In this document: positions 42,050-51,738 of the stretch, in pieces | Numbering within the stretch: position 1 is the stretch's first letter | How the letters are laid out: every line of letters starts with the position of its first letter | NCBI GenBank assembly: GCA_965116925.1 | Contig: OZ220744.1 | Coordinates: 5,824,001 to 5,888,000 of the forward strand | Length of the DNA: 64,000 bases | Direction of reading: 5' to 3' | Source: Candidatus Poribacteria bacterium | GTDB taxonomy: Bacteria; Poribacteria; WGA-4E; PCPOR2b | Program-made: the position numbers and the translations under genes | The notes under the pieces: model-generated | What the model was told of the DNA's origin: nothing | The model's database searches: none | What the model saw: the letters and a program-made list of their open reading frames with translations, nothing else

Positions 42050-42403
42050 ATGCGTCACCGGAAAATGGGAAGGAAGCTTGGGAGAACAAGCGGACATCGG
42101 AAGGCGTTGTTTAGCAACCAAGCCACCGCACTATTCGAGCACGAACAGATTCGCACAACCCTACCAAAGTGCAAAGAACTCAGGCGAATCGCTGAAAAAC
42201 TGATTACGCTCGCTAAACGAGGGGATTTACATGCGCGCCGTCAAGCCGCTAAGGTTATCCACGACCACGACGTTTTGCAAAAATTGTTCGATGATCTTGG
42301 GCCCCGTTATCAAGACCGTAATGGCGGATATACCCGTATCATCAGAGGTGAACTGAGGCGTAGCGATGCCGCTCAGATGGCGTATATCCAGTTGGTAGAA
42401 TAG
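42050..42403 (+). CDS. rplQ: 50S ribosomal protein L17
   Basis: [17 protein letters not shown]. Confidence 0.97.
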   Translation: MRHRKMGRKLGRTSGHRKALFSNQATALFEHEQIRTTLPKCKELRRIAEKLITLAKRGDLHARRQAAKVIHDHDVLQKLFDDLGPRYQDRNGGYTRIIRGELRRSDAAQMAYIQLVE

Positions 42404-42424
42404 TGCAAGCTTCCATAGGATCAG

Positions 42425-42461
42425 AAAAAAGGCGTTGATTAAAAAATCAACGCCTTTTTTT
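42425..42461. terminator. Bidirectional intrinsic terminator
   Basis: AAAAAAGGCGTTGATT-AAAA-AATCAACGCCTTTTTTT between convergent genes. Confidence 0.88.
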
Positions 42462-42496
42462 GTTGTAAATTCAAGATCCTGATCTAGTAGCGATTT

Positions 42497-43783
42497 TTAA
42501 TATCTATAGCCCGCAGACACGAACACCCGGTTAGCCGTCTGACTTTCCGTGAGCGAATCACTTGATTGCGCCCATGAACCTCGCATATAGGCGACATCAA
42601 TTTTGATAATCTGGTCGAAAACCTTGCCTACCCCAATTGTCAGAAAGTCCCGATCATCGTCTATATCTCTATCTCGGAACGGAATTGGATCACGGAAGTA
42701 GCCGACGCGTACACTGGTTTCAATTCCCGGTATACGATACTCCGCACCGAGGCGAACCTGTACGGTGCTGTCATAATACCGATTGAAGTTATTCTGTGCG
42801 TCTTCTGCTGGTAGCGGGTCATATTCAGTCTGTGTCCAGTCTGTAAACTGCATATCGCCGGCAAGCGTCAGACGCTTCTCTAAGAGCTTGATAGCAACGC
42901 CACCGCCAAACTCAAACGGGCGTTTGATATCGTATAAGATTGACCCACCATCACCGTCCACCCCCTCTTCACCATCGTCGAATTGCACTATCGTTTGTTG
43001 CTCCCAGACTTCGTTAACCTCAAGGTTTGCTGGGAGTGTGACAGCTCCACCGAGTGTTACATTTTCCCCGGCGAAAGCAAGCACGCCGACCCGACCACTG
43101 AGCCCTGAATAGTCTCGATCTACAGTGTCGTGAAAAGCGAAACCTTCTATTTCTGGATCAATGTTATTGATGTCTTCTGCTGCACTATCTAACTCGTTGA
43201 AACTTGAGCCGTGCCAAAAATCTATTGAGCCGCCAAGCAAGATATTTTTTGATATAAAGACACCCATCCCAAAACTCCAGATACCCATGCCACCGCTGTT
43301 GAAGGTCGTTTCATCTACATCAAATCCACTAAACACTGAACCAGAAGACGGGTCCAGTCCCTGAACAGCAACCTCCGAATCAAAATTCTGAGGACGATTA
43401 TATCCGAGTGCAAACGCAAAGCCGCCACGATTTGCGTATAAAGGGTAGACGAGACCTATTGAGTTGGGACGGGTTTTCGAGCTGTCAGCTTCAGCAGCAC
43501 GGCCGCGAGTGAACTCTGTTTCTGCATCTAGTTCGTTGTGTGACAGGCTGCCAAAAAATTCAAACTTTCTAATTTGAGCGAGCCCTGCCGGGTTCCAGTA
43601 AAGCGTCGTGAAATCATCTGCAACAGCGAGAAACGCCCCGCCCATCCCCATCGTTCTTGCGCCAAGGCCAAAGGTATTACCGATAGCAATTTCCTCCTCC
43701 TGTGCAACACTGTCCCCATTCCCAAACACAAAATAGGTGAGTATTAACGCGGAAGCAATGGCGGCTTTCATCAATCTTTTCAT
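42497..43783 (-). CDS. OmpP1/FadL/TodX (PorV-like) outer-membrane beta-barrel
   Basis: Signal peptide, GARTMGMGGAFLAVADD..YWNPAGL, C-terminal aromatic (SAGYRY). Confidence 0.8.
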   Translation of the reverse strand: MKRLMKAAIASALILTYFVFGNGDSVAQEEEIAIGNTFGLGARTMGMGGAFLAVADDFTTLYWNPAGLAQIRKFEFFGSLSHNELDAETEFTRGRAAEADSSKTRPNSIGLVYPLYANRGGFAFALGYNRPQNFDSEVAVQGLDPSSGSVFSGFDVDETTFNSGGMGIWSFGMGVFISKNILLGGSIDFWHGSSFNELDSAAEDINNIDPEIEGFAFHDTVDRDYSGLSGRVGVLAFAGENVTLGGAVTLPANLEVNEVWEQQTIVQFDDGEEGVDGDGGSILYDIKRPFEFGGGVAIKLLEKRLTLAGDMQFTDWTQTEYDPLPAEDAQNNFNRYYDSTVQVRLGAEYRIPGIETSVRVGYFRDPIPFRDRDIDDDRDFLTIGVGKVFDQIIKIDVAYMRGSWAQSSDSLTESQTANRVFVSAGYRY

Positions 43784-43790
43784 TGGATTG

Positions 43791-44405
43791 TTACCTCCTT
43801 CTGGATCTTCGGGATCTGTCACGCCGCGACTCAGACGAACTGCGGGCAGGAGTTTTACGCTCTTCACTCTTCCTTAATGACCGATCCAGACGACTTGAAG
43901 ACGGGTGGCGGGATCTAACCCCCCGATAGCTTTGTGAACGTCGTTTGCCGAAATTCAAATCACCAATCTTGGAGCGTGGCGTTGAGTAGCGGTATCGATG
44001 ATGACGGTACCCATACCCCCTGTAATAGGGGTAGTATCCATAATATGAATAGTATGGATAGGAATATCTGTAATAGGGATAGAGGGGATGATAGCCACCA
44101 TAGTAGGATGGATAGGCGGGATAGTAGTCATCGTAATAGTAGGATCGATAATAACGGTCAGAATAACTGTAACTCGGTTTGCGACGCCCGTAGTACCCTT
44201 CATCTTCCATTTCAGACGGTTTCAGCTCGGCTTCAACTTCCCCTTGCTCCTCCTGTTCGGATTCCACTTTTTCGCCCTTATCTTGGTGATGGTAGGCGGT
44301 TTGTCGGGTTGAAGACCGTGGCTCGTAGTAACCGATCTGCGTGTAACACCCTGCGAGAGTAATTACTGCCAGCAGGAGTGTGACAGAGAGAACGAGTCTG
44401 TTCAT
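43791..44405 (-). CDS. Tyr-rich lipoprotein
   Basis: Lipobox LAGC; acidic, Tyr-rich and Arg/Ser-rich low-complexity segments. Confidence 0.7.
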   Translation of the reverse strand: MNRLVLSVTLLLAVITLAGCYTQIGYYEPRSSTRQTAYHHQDKGEKVESEQEEQGEVEAELKPSEMEDEGYYGRRKPSYSYSDRYYRSYYYDDYYPAYPSYYGGYHPLYPYYRYSYPYYSYYGYYPYYRGYGYRHHRYRYSTPRSKIGDLNFGKRRSQSYRGVRSRHPSSSRLDRSLRKSEERKTPARSSSESRRDRSRRSRRR

Positions 44406-44779
44406 GGTCAGTCTTCCTTTCGTGAATTGTTCGTAGGTTGACTCAGCGAGATATGTCGAGTATATCATAGGAAATACCTACTGCCAAGCGAAAAATCAAA
44501 ATCTGTTAAGTCCATAAACTGCCTGCTATAGATTGTGGTTGACAGATACACAAAGTTTCCATAAAATTTTGCTCGGCAGCAATTTCCTTGAGATAAGCAA
44601 TTAAGATGCCATAATTCAATTTTGTTGAAATAGAGCGGAATTCTTACGAAATTGTCTAAATAAATGCAGCAAATAGAGATTGAATCCGAAAAGATTGTGG
44701 CAACAATGATACAGTTTAATATCGTAAGTGCCACAGCGAATTGCATTGATGTAGGCATATAATATAAAAGGAAGCTAAG

Positions 44780-45676
44780 ATGAGAAGAGAAGTACGCTGG
44801 GAACGGATGTTTCCCGATGAACTAGAAGCTGCGCTAGAGGAATGCCCTGTTGTCTATTTCTGCTACGGCTTGTGTGAGCCCCATGGTCCTCAGAACACGG
44901 TCGGGCTTGACGCTTTGAAAGCGCATGCGATTGCGTGCCGAACAGCCCATGAGCACGGCGGTGTCGTTGCTCCACCCGATTACTGGCACATCCACGAACA
45001 TGGCGGTTATGCACTCTGGGGAAATCGAACCGTCGGAGAGGTGCGTCCATGGCTGACCGCTATGCCCGCATGGATGCATTTCAAGAATATCTGCTATCAT
45101 GTCCGCGCAGCCGATGCCTTGGGATTTCATGCCGCTATCCTTTTGACGGGACACTACGGTCCCAACTGGAAAGATCTTAAAACGCTGCTTGAAATCCTTC
45201 AACCGCATTTCGACATGCAGCTGTACGGTTTGCCAGATTTCGAGGCGAATCAGCCCGGTTTCGATGGCGATGGCAAAAGCGGGGGCGATCATGCCGGTAA
45301 GGTTGAGACCTCGCTGCTCTGGGCATTGGAGCCGGATTGCGTCGATGTTTCACGTCTACCAGCGCAAGATGCGCCGGGTCCCCACTTTGCTATGGGGGCA
45401 ACCGCACATGAATCGGATCGGCAAGTTGGTGAGCGAATGGTCGCCGATGAAGTCCAGTGGCTTGGTGCCAAAGCAAAAGTGCTGCTCGACGCCTACGCTG
45501 AATCAAGGCCCGCGCGTCAGCCGCTCACCTTCGATCAGATTGAGGAAATATGGGAACGCGATGTGCGTCCACGACTGAAGGACTTTGAAAGTATGCAAAC
45601 CCGCTGGAGCGATGATGAAGGACCATCGCAGGATTCCCGCTGGTACCCTCAATGGCGTGTGCCGGATCGCGGCTAG
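44780..45676 (+). CDS. Creatininase-family amidohydrolase
   Basis: GLCEPHGP..GLD, LTGHYG, DHAGKVETS. Confidence 0.8.
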   Translation: MRREVRWERMFPDELEAALEECPVVYFCYGLCEPHGPQNTVGLDALKAHAIACRTAHEHGGVVAPPDYWHIHEHGGYALWGNRTVGEVRPWLTAMPAWMHFKNICYHVRAADALGFHAAILLTGHYGPNWKDLKTLLEILQPHFDMQLYGLPDFEANQPGFDGDGKSGGDHAGKVETSLLWALEPDCVDVSRLPAQDAPGPHFAMGATAHESDRQVGERMVADEVQWLGAKAKVLLDAYAESRPARQPLTFDQIEEIWERDVRPRLKDFESMQTRWSDDEGPSQDSRWYPQWRVPDRG

Positions 45677-45696
45677 ATACACGAAAGGAGCGAAAA

Positions 45697-46455
45697 ATGT
45701 CCCTCTCCGAAGGACAAATCAAGGCTTATGAAGCAGAAGGCTTCGTTCCAAAAGTTCAAATTTCCGACGAAACCGAAGCCACCCAACACCGAGCATTGTT
45801 CAACGAATTGGAAGCCAGATTGGGACGAGAGGAATGTGCGATCGGGTTAGTTGACCGGCATTTTGAGGAAGAATTCATCTGGGAAATTGCAACTCACCCG
45901 AAGATTCTCGACTGTATCGAAGCCCTGATAGGACCCGATGTTATGATGATATCGTCGCACTTCTTTTGCAAATATGGTCCCGATCAAAAAAAGTTTGTGG
46001 CATGGCATCAGGATGTAACCTATTGGGGACTTGAGCCGCCCGAAGCGATTACCGCGTGGTATGCAATTGATGACAGCGACTGCGAGAACGGTTGTATGCG
46101 TGTGATTCCTGGCACCCACCGTCCCGGCATTCGAGATCATGGGAAATCTGGACAGGTAGGAAACCTGTTGAGCATCGATCAGGAGGTGCCGGTCAGTGAG
46201 GATGAGGAGCAGAACGCCGTAGATCTGGTTTTGAAGGCGGGCGAAATCTCAATCCATCACGGCACCTTGATTCATGGAAGCCTACCCAATCAATCTACAC
46301 GGCGGCGGTGTGGGTTGACAATTCGTTATATTCCTCCCCGGGTCAAGCAGGTTGACAAGAATTCATTGGGGCTTAACTGGTCGACAATTCTGCTGCGTGG
46401 TGAAAACAGAGAGAAGAATTTTCCTGAACTCCCCAAGCCATTCCCGATGAAATAA
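45697..46455 (+). CDS. PhyH family Fe/2OG oxygenase
   Basis: WHQD, NGCMRVIPGTH, IHGSLPN..RR. Confidence 0.88.
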   Translation: MSLSEGQIKAYEAEGFVPKVQISDETEATQHRALFNELEARLGREECAIGLVDRHFEEEFIWEIATHPKILDCIEALIGPDVMMISSHFFCKYGPDQKKFVAWHQDVTYWGLEPPEAITAWYAIDDSDCENGCMRVIPGTHRPGIRDHGKSGQVGNLLSIDQEVPVSEDEEQNAVDLVLKAGEISIHHGTLIHGSLPNQSTRRRCGLTIRYIPPRVKQVDKNSLGLNWSTILLRGENREKNFPELPKPFPMK

Positions 46456-46477
46456 CTGATTAACAAAGGACGAAAAA

Positions 46478-47593
46478 ATGTATGACGCCATTGTTATTGG
46501 GGCAGGGGTAATGGGTAGTGCGACAGCCTATAATCTCGCTAAGGCGGGGGCAAGCACGCTGGTGTTAGAACAGTTTTCCCGTGGGCATACCTTCGGCAGC
46601 TCCCACGGAGACAACCGCATCATCCGCCTGATCTACGAGAAGCAATTCTACACAGAATTGATGAAACATGCCTATGCAGAATGGTGGGAAGTAGAAAAGG
46701 AATCGGGGAAGGAGCTGCTGTTCACCACTGGCAGTGTGATAATTGGGCCGGACGGGCACGATTATCTCCACGATATGCGCGTGAGCCTTGATGCTGCCGG
46801 CATCGAGTCCGAATGGTGGGACCAACGACAACTGGCAAACCGCTTTCCACAATTCAGGATTGGAGACGGTGTGGAAGTTTTGTGGCAGAAAGATACCGGT
46901 TTTCTGCCCGCTTCAACCTGTGTCCTGACCTATCTGCAACTCGCCGAAGCGCACGGGGCGGAGGTTCGGGAGGATACGCCAGTAACAGAGATTAACTGGC
47001 AGGGAACGCATCCCGAAGTAATTGCAAACGGGGAACGCTTTCGAGGGAAAAAAGTGATTGTGACTGCGGGAGCGTGGAGCGGACAGATTCTCAGTGAACT
47101 GAATCTCCCGTTGACTGTAACACGACAACAGGTTGTGTATTATCGACCAACCGATGCGAGTCTGTTTCAGCGGGGCAGATTCCCTATTTTCCTCGATGTA
47201 ACGTGGAATGAGGTTCTGTATGGATTTCCTGTGTTTGGACGTGAAGGCGTGAAGATTGCGCGGCACGGTATGGGGCAGCCGGTGTCTCCCGATACGTGTG
47301 ATCGGACACCCGACCCTGAGTATATCGAACATCTCCGTTCTTTTCTGCGTGAGCGTATCCCCGATGCCGCCGGCGAAGCACTTTTCGCACAGGTCTGTCT
47401 CTACACCGAAACACCCGACGAGGATTTTATTATCGACGCACACCCGGATTGCACGAATCTTGTTTTAGCAACTGGGTTCTCCGGGCACGGTTTCAAGTTC
47501 GCCAGCCTCGTCGGACGGATACTTTCGGAAATGGCACTTGAGGGAGCAACAGATTTCGACATCAGTCCGTTTCAACTGGCACGGTTTGAGTAA
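46478..47593 (+). CDS. solA: Monomeric sarcosine oxidase / N-methyl-L-tryptophan oxidase family
   Basis: GAGVMG, GSSHGDNRIIR, CLYTETPDEDFIID, GFSGHGFKF. Confidence 0.8.
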   Translation: MYDAIVIGAGVMGSATAYNLAKAGASTLVLEQFSRGHTFGSSHGDNRIIRLIYEKQFYTELMKHAYAEWWEVEKESGKELLFTTGSVIIGPDGHDYLHDMRVSLDAAGIESEWWDQRQLANRFPQFRIGDGVEVLWQKDTGFLPASTCVLTYLQLAEAHGAEVREDTPVTEINWQGTHPEVIANGERFRGKKVIVTAGAWSGQILSELNLPLTVTRQQVVYYRPTDASLFQRGRFPIFLDVTWNEVLYGFPVFGREGVKIARHGMGQPVSPDTCDRTPDPEYIEHLRSFLRERIPDAAGEALFAQVCLYTETPDEDFIIDAHPDCTNLVLATGFSGHGFKFASLVGRILSEMALEGATDFDISPFQLARFE

Positions 47594-47623
47594 TAGGATC
47601 GCTTGTCATATTCTCCTGACAAA

Positions 47624-48610
47624 TCAGTTCGCGCTCCAATTGGGTGTCTGAATGGTGTCAGCGATGGCGAATGCCCTCTGAAGTTCAGATTCGGTAAGCG
47701 GCGGCACATTGATAGCAGCCACGTTTTGTTCAATCTGTTGCATTGTTTTCGCCCCGGCGATGACGCTAGAGGTGCCGGGATGGTCAAGCGTAAAACGTAA
47801 CGCCGCTTGAACCATTGTACGCCCTGTGTTCTCCGCGAGGAAACCGAGTGCTGGGAGTTTTTGGAAGGCATCAACCGACCCCGGCCGATTAAAGCGCTCA
47901 TAGCGTATATCCTCTTTCGGGATCTCACTGCTCTGGAAATATTTGCCCGTCAACATCCCCTTTGCCAATGGAACACGGATGAGCGTACCGATATTCTCTT
48001 GCTTGGCGAAATGAAGTAGGTCGTCTGCATCGCGTTCGAGCAGATTGTAGCCAATTTGCAGCATGTGAATCTCGCCCAACCCCCGCAGTTTATCAATCGC
48101 CTCCCGATCATTCGTCGAAACACCGTACCAACGGATTTTGCCCTCATCTCGCAACTTTGCCAATGTCTCCATGACAGCCGGCATCGCCCCTTCCAGCGGA
48201 ATGGCATGAAGTTGATAGATGTCGATATAATCTGTATCCAGTCGTTTTAGACTCCCTTCGACCGCTTCAACGATTCGCTTTCGCGCTTGCGCCGATAGAT
48301 CCGGATCGTTCGCATCCAAGCCGTTGTTTGGGCTGACTTTGGTGGCGATAATCCACTTATCGCGCCTCCCCTGCAATGCCTGCCCAACAATTTCTTCGCT
48401 ATGACCGGTGCCGTAACTCTCTGCGGAATCGATCAGGTTCACACCAAGTTCTTCCGCACGATGGATGAGCGCGATTGATTGCTGCTCGTCGGTCCCTGTC
48501 CAACCTGTTCGTGAGCCGTCTGCCTGTTGGTATACACCAGAGATTGGAAACGCGCCTATCCCGATTTCTGAAACTTTGATTCCTGTTTGTCCAAACGTTC
48601 TATATTTCAT
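47624..48610 (-). CDS. Aldo/keto reductase
   Basis: DSAESYG, IATK, SLKRLDTDYIDIYQLH, GKIRWYGVS. Confidence 0.9.
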   Translation of the reverse strand: MKYRTFGQTGIKVSEIGIGAFPISGVYQQADGSRTGWTGTDEQQSIALIHRAEELGVNLIDSAESYGTGHSEEIVGQALQGRRDKWIIATKVSPNNGLDANDPDLSAQARKRIVEAVEGSLKRLDTDYIDIYQLHAIPLEGAMPAVMETLAKLRDEGKIRWYGVSTNDREAIDKLRGLGEIHMLQIGYNLLERDADDLLHFAKQENIGTLIRVPLAKGMLTGKYFQSSEIPKEDIRYERFNRPGSVDAFQKLPALGFLAENTGRTMVQAALRFTLDHPGTSSVIAGAKTMQQIEQNVAAINVPPLTESELQRAFAIADTIQTPNWSAN

Positions 48611-48637
48611 TGGGTTCCCTCCACTAGTCAAGATTTA

Positions 48638-48792
48638 TAGTGAACCTTAGAATTAATACCGGTGCGGTTAGGAAACCGCATCCACTGTTCTCCCGTTTGG
48701 TAGGCACTGTTTCCAACTGTGCCTATGCGGTGCGGTTACAAACCGCACCTACCGGGGGGGCGCCAGTGTTTCTTTATTTTTTGAATTCACTA
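48638..48792 (-). mobile_element. IS630-derived MITE with REP-like cargo
   Basis: TA|TAGTG..CACTA|TA; ends match the IS630 at 15299-16203 in reverse orientation; internal GTAG/CTAC palindromes. Confidence 0.75.
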
Positions 48793-48957
48793 TATCCATA
48801 ATTGATTGACACAGACCATTTTACTTGAAAATCCCGTCAGAGTCAAACCAGTTTATGGATTATTGATGGAGGCACGGTAAAGAGCTATATTGCGTTTATC
48901 CTTGACAGATTGCCACACCATTTGTGAAAATAGTATCCACAGTTTCCGTATAAAACG

Positions 48958-50331
48958 ATGGGACAGCAAGGACAGTTGGGGATGCAAAAAGGCAATCAGC
49001 GCATTTATCTCATTAAAATCGCTATCGTTGGGGGGATAACTCTCCTCCTGATTTTGGGGATAGGTGCGCTGCGAACAACAACTCTGAACCCCGATACCGA
49101 TTCTGCGTTTGCTTCTGTTATCTCCAGACTCATTAGCAAGCCGCCCCCTGATCACCCAAATCCTGCGTCTAAGAAGCGGGATTATCTTAAAAAATCGGAT
49201 TGGCCCCAAGGCTTGCGAATCTATCGTGATTGGTGGACAGAACGGGATGCAGCGGTTTATGTCGCGGAAATGAGGCGCGAATCCGAAAATCTCCGCTTCG
49301 GGGTTGAACTCGCCAACAACCGTCTCTTGGGCAGGGAGACAATCACCAGCATGGCAGGACGGCTCGCACAACAGGACATTCCGTTGTTAGCTGGCGTTAA
49401 TGGGAGTTTCGGGCTTCGTGGAGATCGGGTTGGGCGTGGCGGGGTTATCTTTAACCTCCATATCCAAGATTGGGAATTGGTCAGTATTGCCCCTCGACGC
49501 GATTGGTGGGGTTTTCCACCGCCCTCCCCTTGGGGTGAAACCAGTTTCGGTGTGACAACCGATGGCGAATTTTTACTTGACGCCGTTGAATTAAACGGGG
49601 CTATCCATATTGATGGAGAATCGCTCGAAGTTGATTGTATAAATCAGATTCCTGAGGCTGATTGTGCTGCCGTGCTCTACACACCCCGATTTGGGGAACA
49701 GACCCTCGCACGAAGAAGCTATGAAGTTATCCTCAAGGGACTCGACTTGCCACTTACAGGCAGGTATCGTAGCAATTTCAAGGTTGATGCGGTCAATCGG
49801 CGGGGCAACAGCACAATCCCATCCAACGGCGTTGTGTTGGCACTCGATTATCAATTAGCGGTAAAATGGGATGCCACATTCAGGGCGGGCGGTACAGGTA
49901 CACTTGAAATCGCGCTTTCACCCACCAAATGGCAGCGGGTTACCGATGGAATCGGGGGAAATCTCCGTCTCTTACGGAATGGAAAAATTGAACCGGAGCT
50001 TGTGGAATTTCACCAGTCAGGCGGCAGATCTAATTACCGTCACCGCAACGGAGCCAGACTGAATCCGCGGAGCGCGTTGGGGTTTAATGACAATAAGCTA
50101 TTCCTTATTACGGTAGATGGCCGTCAATACGGATATAGTATCGGGATGACGCTTTATGAGATGGCTGGTTTTTTGCGGGACCTCGGCGCGAAGCACGCAA
50201 TAAACTTTGATGGTGGAAGTTCATCGGCGTTATGGGGACTTGGCGACATTGTGAATCGTCCATCGCGCGGCTACGAGCGGTCAGTTTTCAATGTAGCGAT
50301 GGTTACGACCCAGAGGAAGGTAAAAAAATGA
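48958..50331 (+). CDS. Membrane-anchored phosphodiester glycosidase (NAGPA/DUF2233) family protein
   Basis: N-terminal TM; AGVNGSF, NPRSALG, VDGRQ, AINFDGGSS. Confidence 0.82.
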   Translation: MGQQGQLGMQKGNQRIYLIKIAIVGGITLLLILGIGALRTTTLNPDTDSAFASVISRLISKPPPDHPNPASKKRDYLKKSDWPQGLRIYRDWWTERDAAVYVAEMRRESENLRFGVELANNRLLGRETITSMAGRLAQQDIPLLAGVNGSFGLRGDRVGRGGVIFNLHIQDWELVSIAPRRDWWGFPPPSPWGETSFGVTTDGEFLLDAVELNGAIHIDGESLEVDCINQIPEADCAAVLYTPRFGEQTLARRSYEVILKGLDLPLTGRYRSNFKVDAVNRRGNSTIPSNGVVLALDYQLAVKWDATFRAGGTGTLEIALSPTKWQRVTDGIGGNLRLLRNGKIEPELVEFHQSGGRSNYRHRNGARLNPRSALGFNDNKLFLITVDGRQYGYSIGMTLYEMAGFLRDLGAKHAINFDGGSSSALWGLGDIVNRPSRGYERSVFNVAMVTTQRKVKK

Positions 50332-51587
50332 TTGAATATAAAGCACCGCGTGCGTTTCATGTGATGACAAAGCCGATTGGGGCAATCTGTAATTTGGATT
50401 GTGAATATTGCTTCTATCTAGACAAAGAGAACCTTTATCCCGACACACGGTCGTTTCGGATGACGGATGAGGTCTTGGAAAATTATGTGCGTCAATATAT
50501 CGAATCGCAGCAGGTCAATGAGATAACCTTCGCTTGGCAGGGGGGCGAACCGACACTGATGGGGGTCGATTTTTTCCGACGGGCTGTGGAATATCAAGAG
50601 AAATACCGACGGGTCGGGACGCAAATCCAGAATACATTCCAGACCAATGCGACGCTTCTGAATGATGAGTGGTGCACGTTCTTCAAGCAGAACAACTTCC
50701 TCATCGGTATCAGCATTGATGGTCCCCCCGAATTGCACGATAAATACCGCTACGACAAACGGGGCAGACCTTCTTCCGATGATGTTCTTCGAGGATTGCG
50801 ATTTTTGCAGAAACATCAGGTGGATTACAATATACTTTGTGTCGTGAACAGTCACAACGCCGATTATCCGCTTGAGGTGTATCGCTACTTCAAAGAACTT
50901 GGTGCTCAATTCATGCAGTTTATCCCCGCTGTTGAGCGCGTGGATGAGAAAGGTGTGACCGACCGTACGGTTCGCGCAGCCCAGTACGGTAAATTCCTCT
51001 GTGCTATCTTCGATGAGTGGGTTGTCAACGATATTGGGAAGATTTTTGTCCAAATCTTCGATGTCGCGCTAGAGGCTTGGTTGGGGTATAACCCAAGTCT
51101 GTGTATCTTCAACGAGACCTGCGGGAACGCGATGGCTATCGAACATAACGGCGACCTCTATTCCTGCGATCATTACGTTGACCCGGAATACTTCCTCGGA
51201 AACGTCATGGACAACCCGATGGAAGCGTTGGTCGAATCGACATTTCAGCGGAAGTTCGGAACCGACAAGCGGGATACTCTGCCTCAGTATTGTCTAGACT
51301 GTGAAGTCCGTTTCGTCTGTAACGGCGGCTGTCCAAAGAACCGTTTCATCAAGACGCCGAGCGGCGAAGATGGTCTGAACTATCTCTGTGCGGGTTATAA
51401 GCAGTTTTTTAACCATATTGATCGACCGATGAAGATGATGGCTGCAGCGCTACAGGCTGGACGACCCGCCGATAGCATTATGCCACTGCTGCGCCCCAAG
51501 CCGGTAGCAGAGGCGCGGAAAGTTGGTCGTAATTCGCCCTGTCCCTGTGGCAGCGGCAAGAAGTATAAGCAGTGCTGTTTGAAATAG
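50328..51587 (+). CDS. Anaerobic sulfatase-maturating radical SAM/SPASM enzyme with C-terminal SEC-C motif
   Basis: CNLDCEYC, WQGGEP, YSCDH, CLDC..CNGGCPK, GRNSPCPCGSGKKYKQCC. Confidence 0.9.
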   Translation: MIEYKAPRAFHVMTKPIGAICNLDCEYCFYLDKENLYPDTRSFRMTDEVLENYVRQYIESQQVNEITFAWQGGEPTLMGVDFFRRAVEYQEKYRRVGTQIQNTFQTNATLLNDEWCTFFKQNNFLIGISIDGPPELHDKYRYDKRGRPSSDDVLRGLRFLQKHQVDYNILCVVNSHNADYPLEVYRYFKELGAQFMQFIPAVERVDEKGVTDRTVRAAQYGKFLCAIFDEWVVNDIGKIFVQIFDVALEAWLGYNPSLCIFNETCGNAMAIEHNGDLYSCDHYVDPEYFLGNVMDNPMEALVESTFQRKFGTDKRDTLPQYCLDCEVRFVCNGGCPKNRFIKTPSGEDGLNYLCAGYKQFFNHIDRPMKMMAAALQAGRPADSIMPLLRPKPVAEARKVGRNSPCPCGSGKKYKQCCLK

Positions 51588-51628
51588 GTTAATCCGGGAT
51601 GGCAGCCTACCGGCATTATGAGAAGGAA

Positions 51629-51719
51629 GGCTCATCTAAAAAGAAAGTGCAAAGCACGAAGAGAAACCGAGTTTTCAAGAAAAAACTCGGTTTCTTTGCA
51701 CTAAATCTTAACATGAGCC
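51629..51719. mobile_element. Intact 91-bp GGCTCAT-family MITE
   Basis: Ends GGCTCAT/ATGAGCC; perfect 9-bp TSD GAGAAGGAA; internal hairpin agaaaccgagtttt..aaaactcggtttct. Confidence 0.85.
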
Positions 51720-51738
51720 GAGAAGGAAAACTGCTGAT

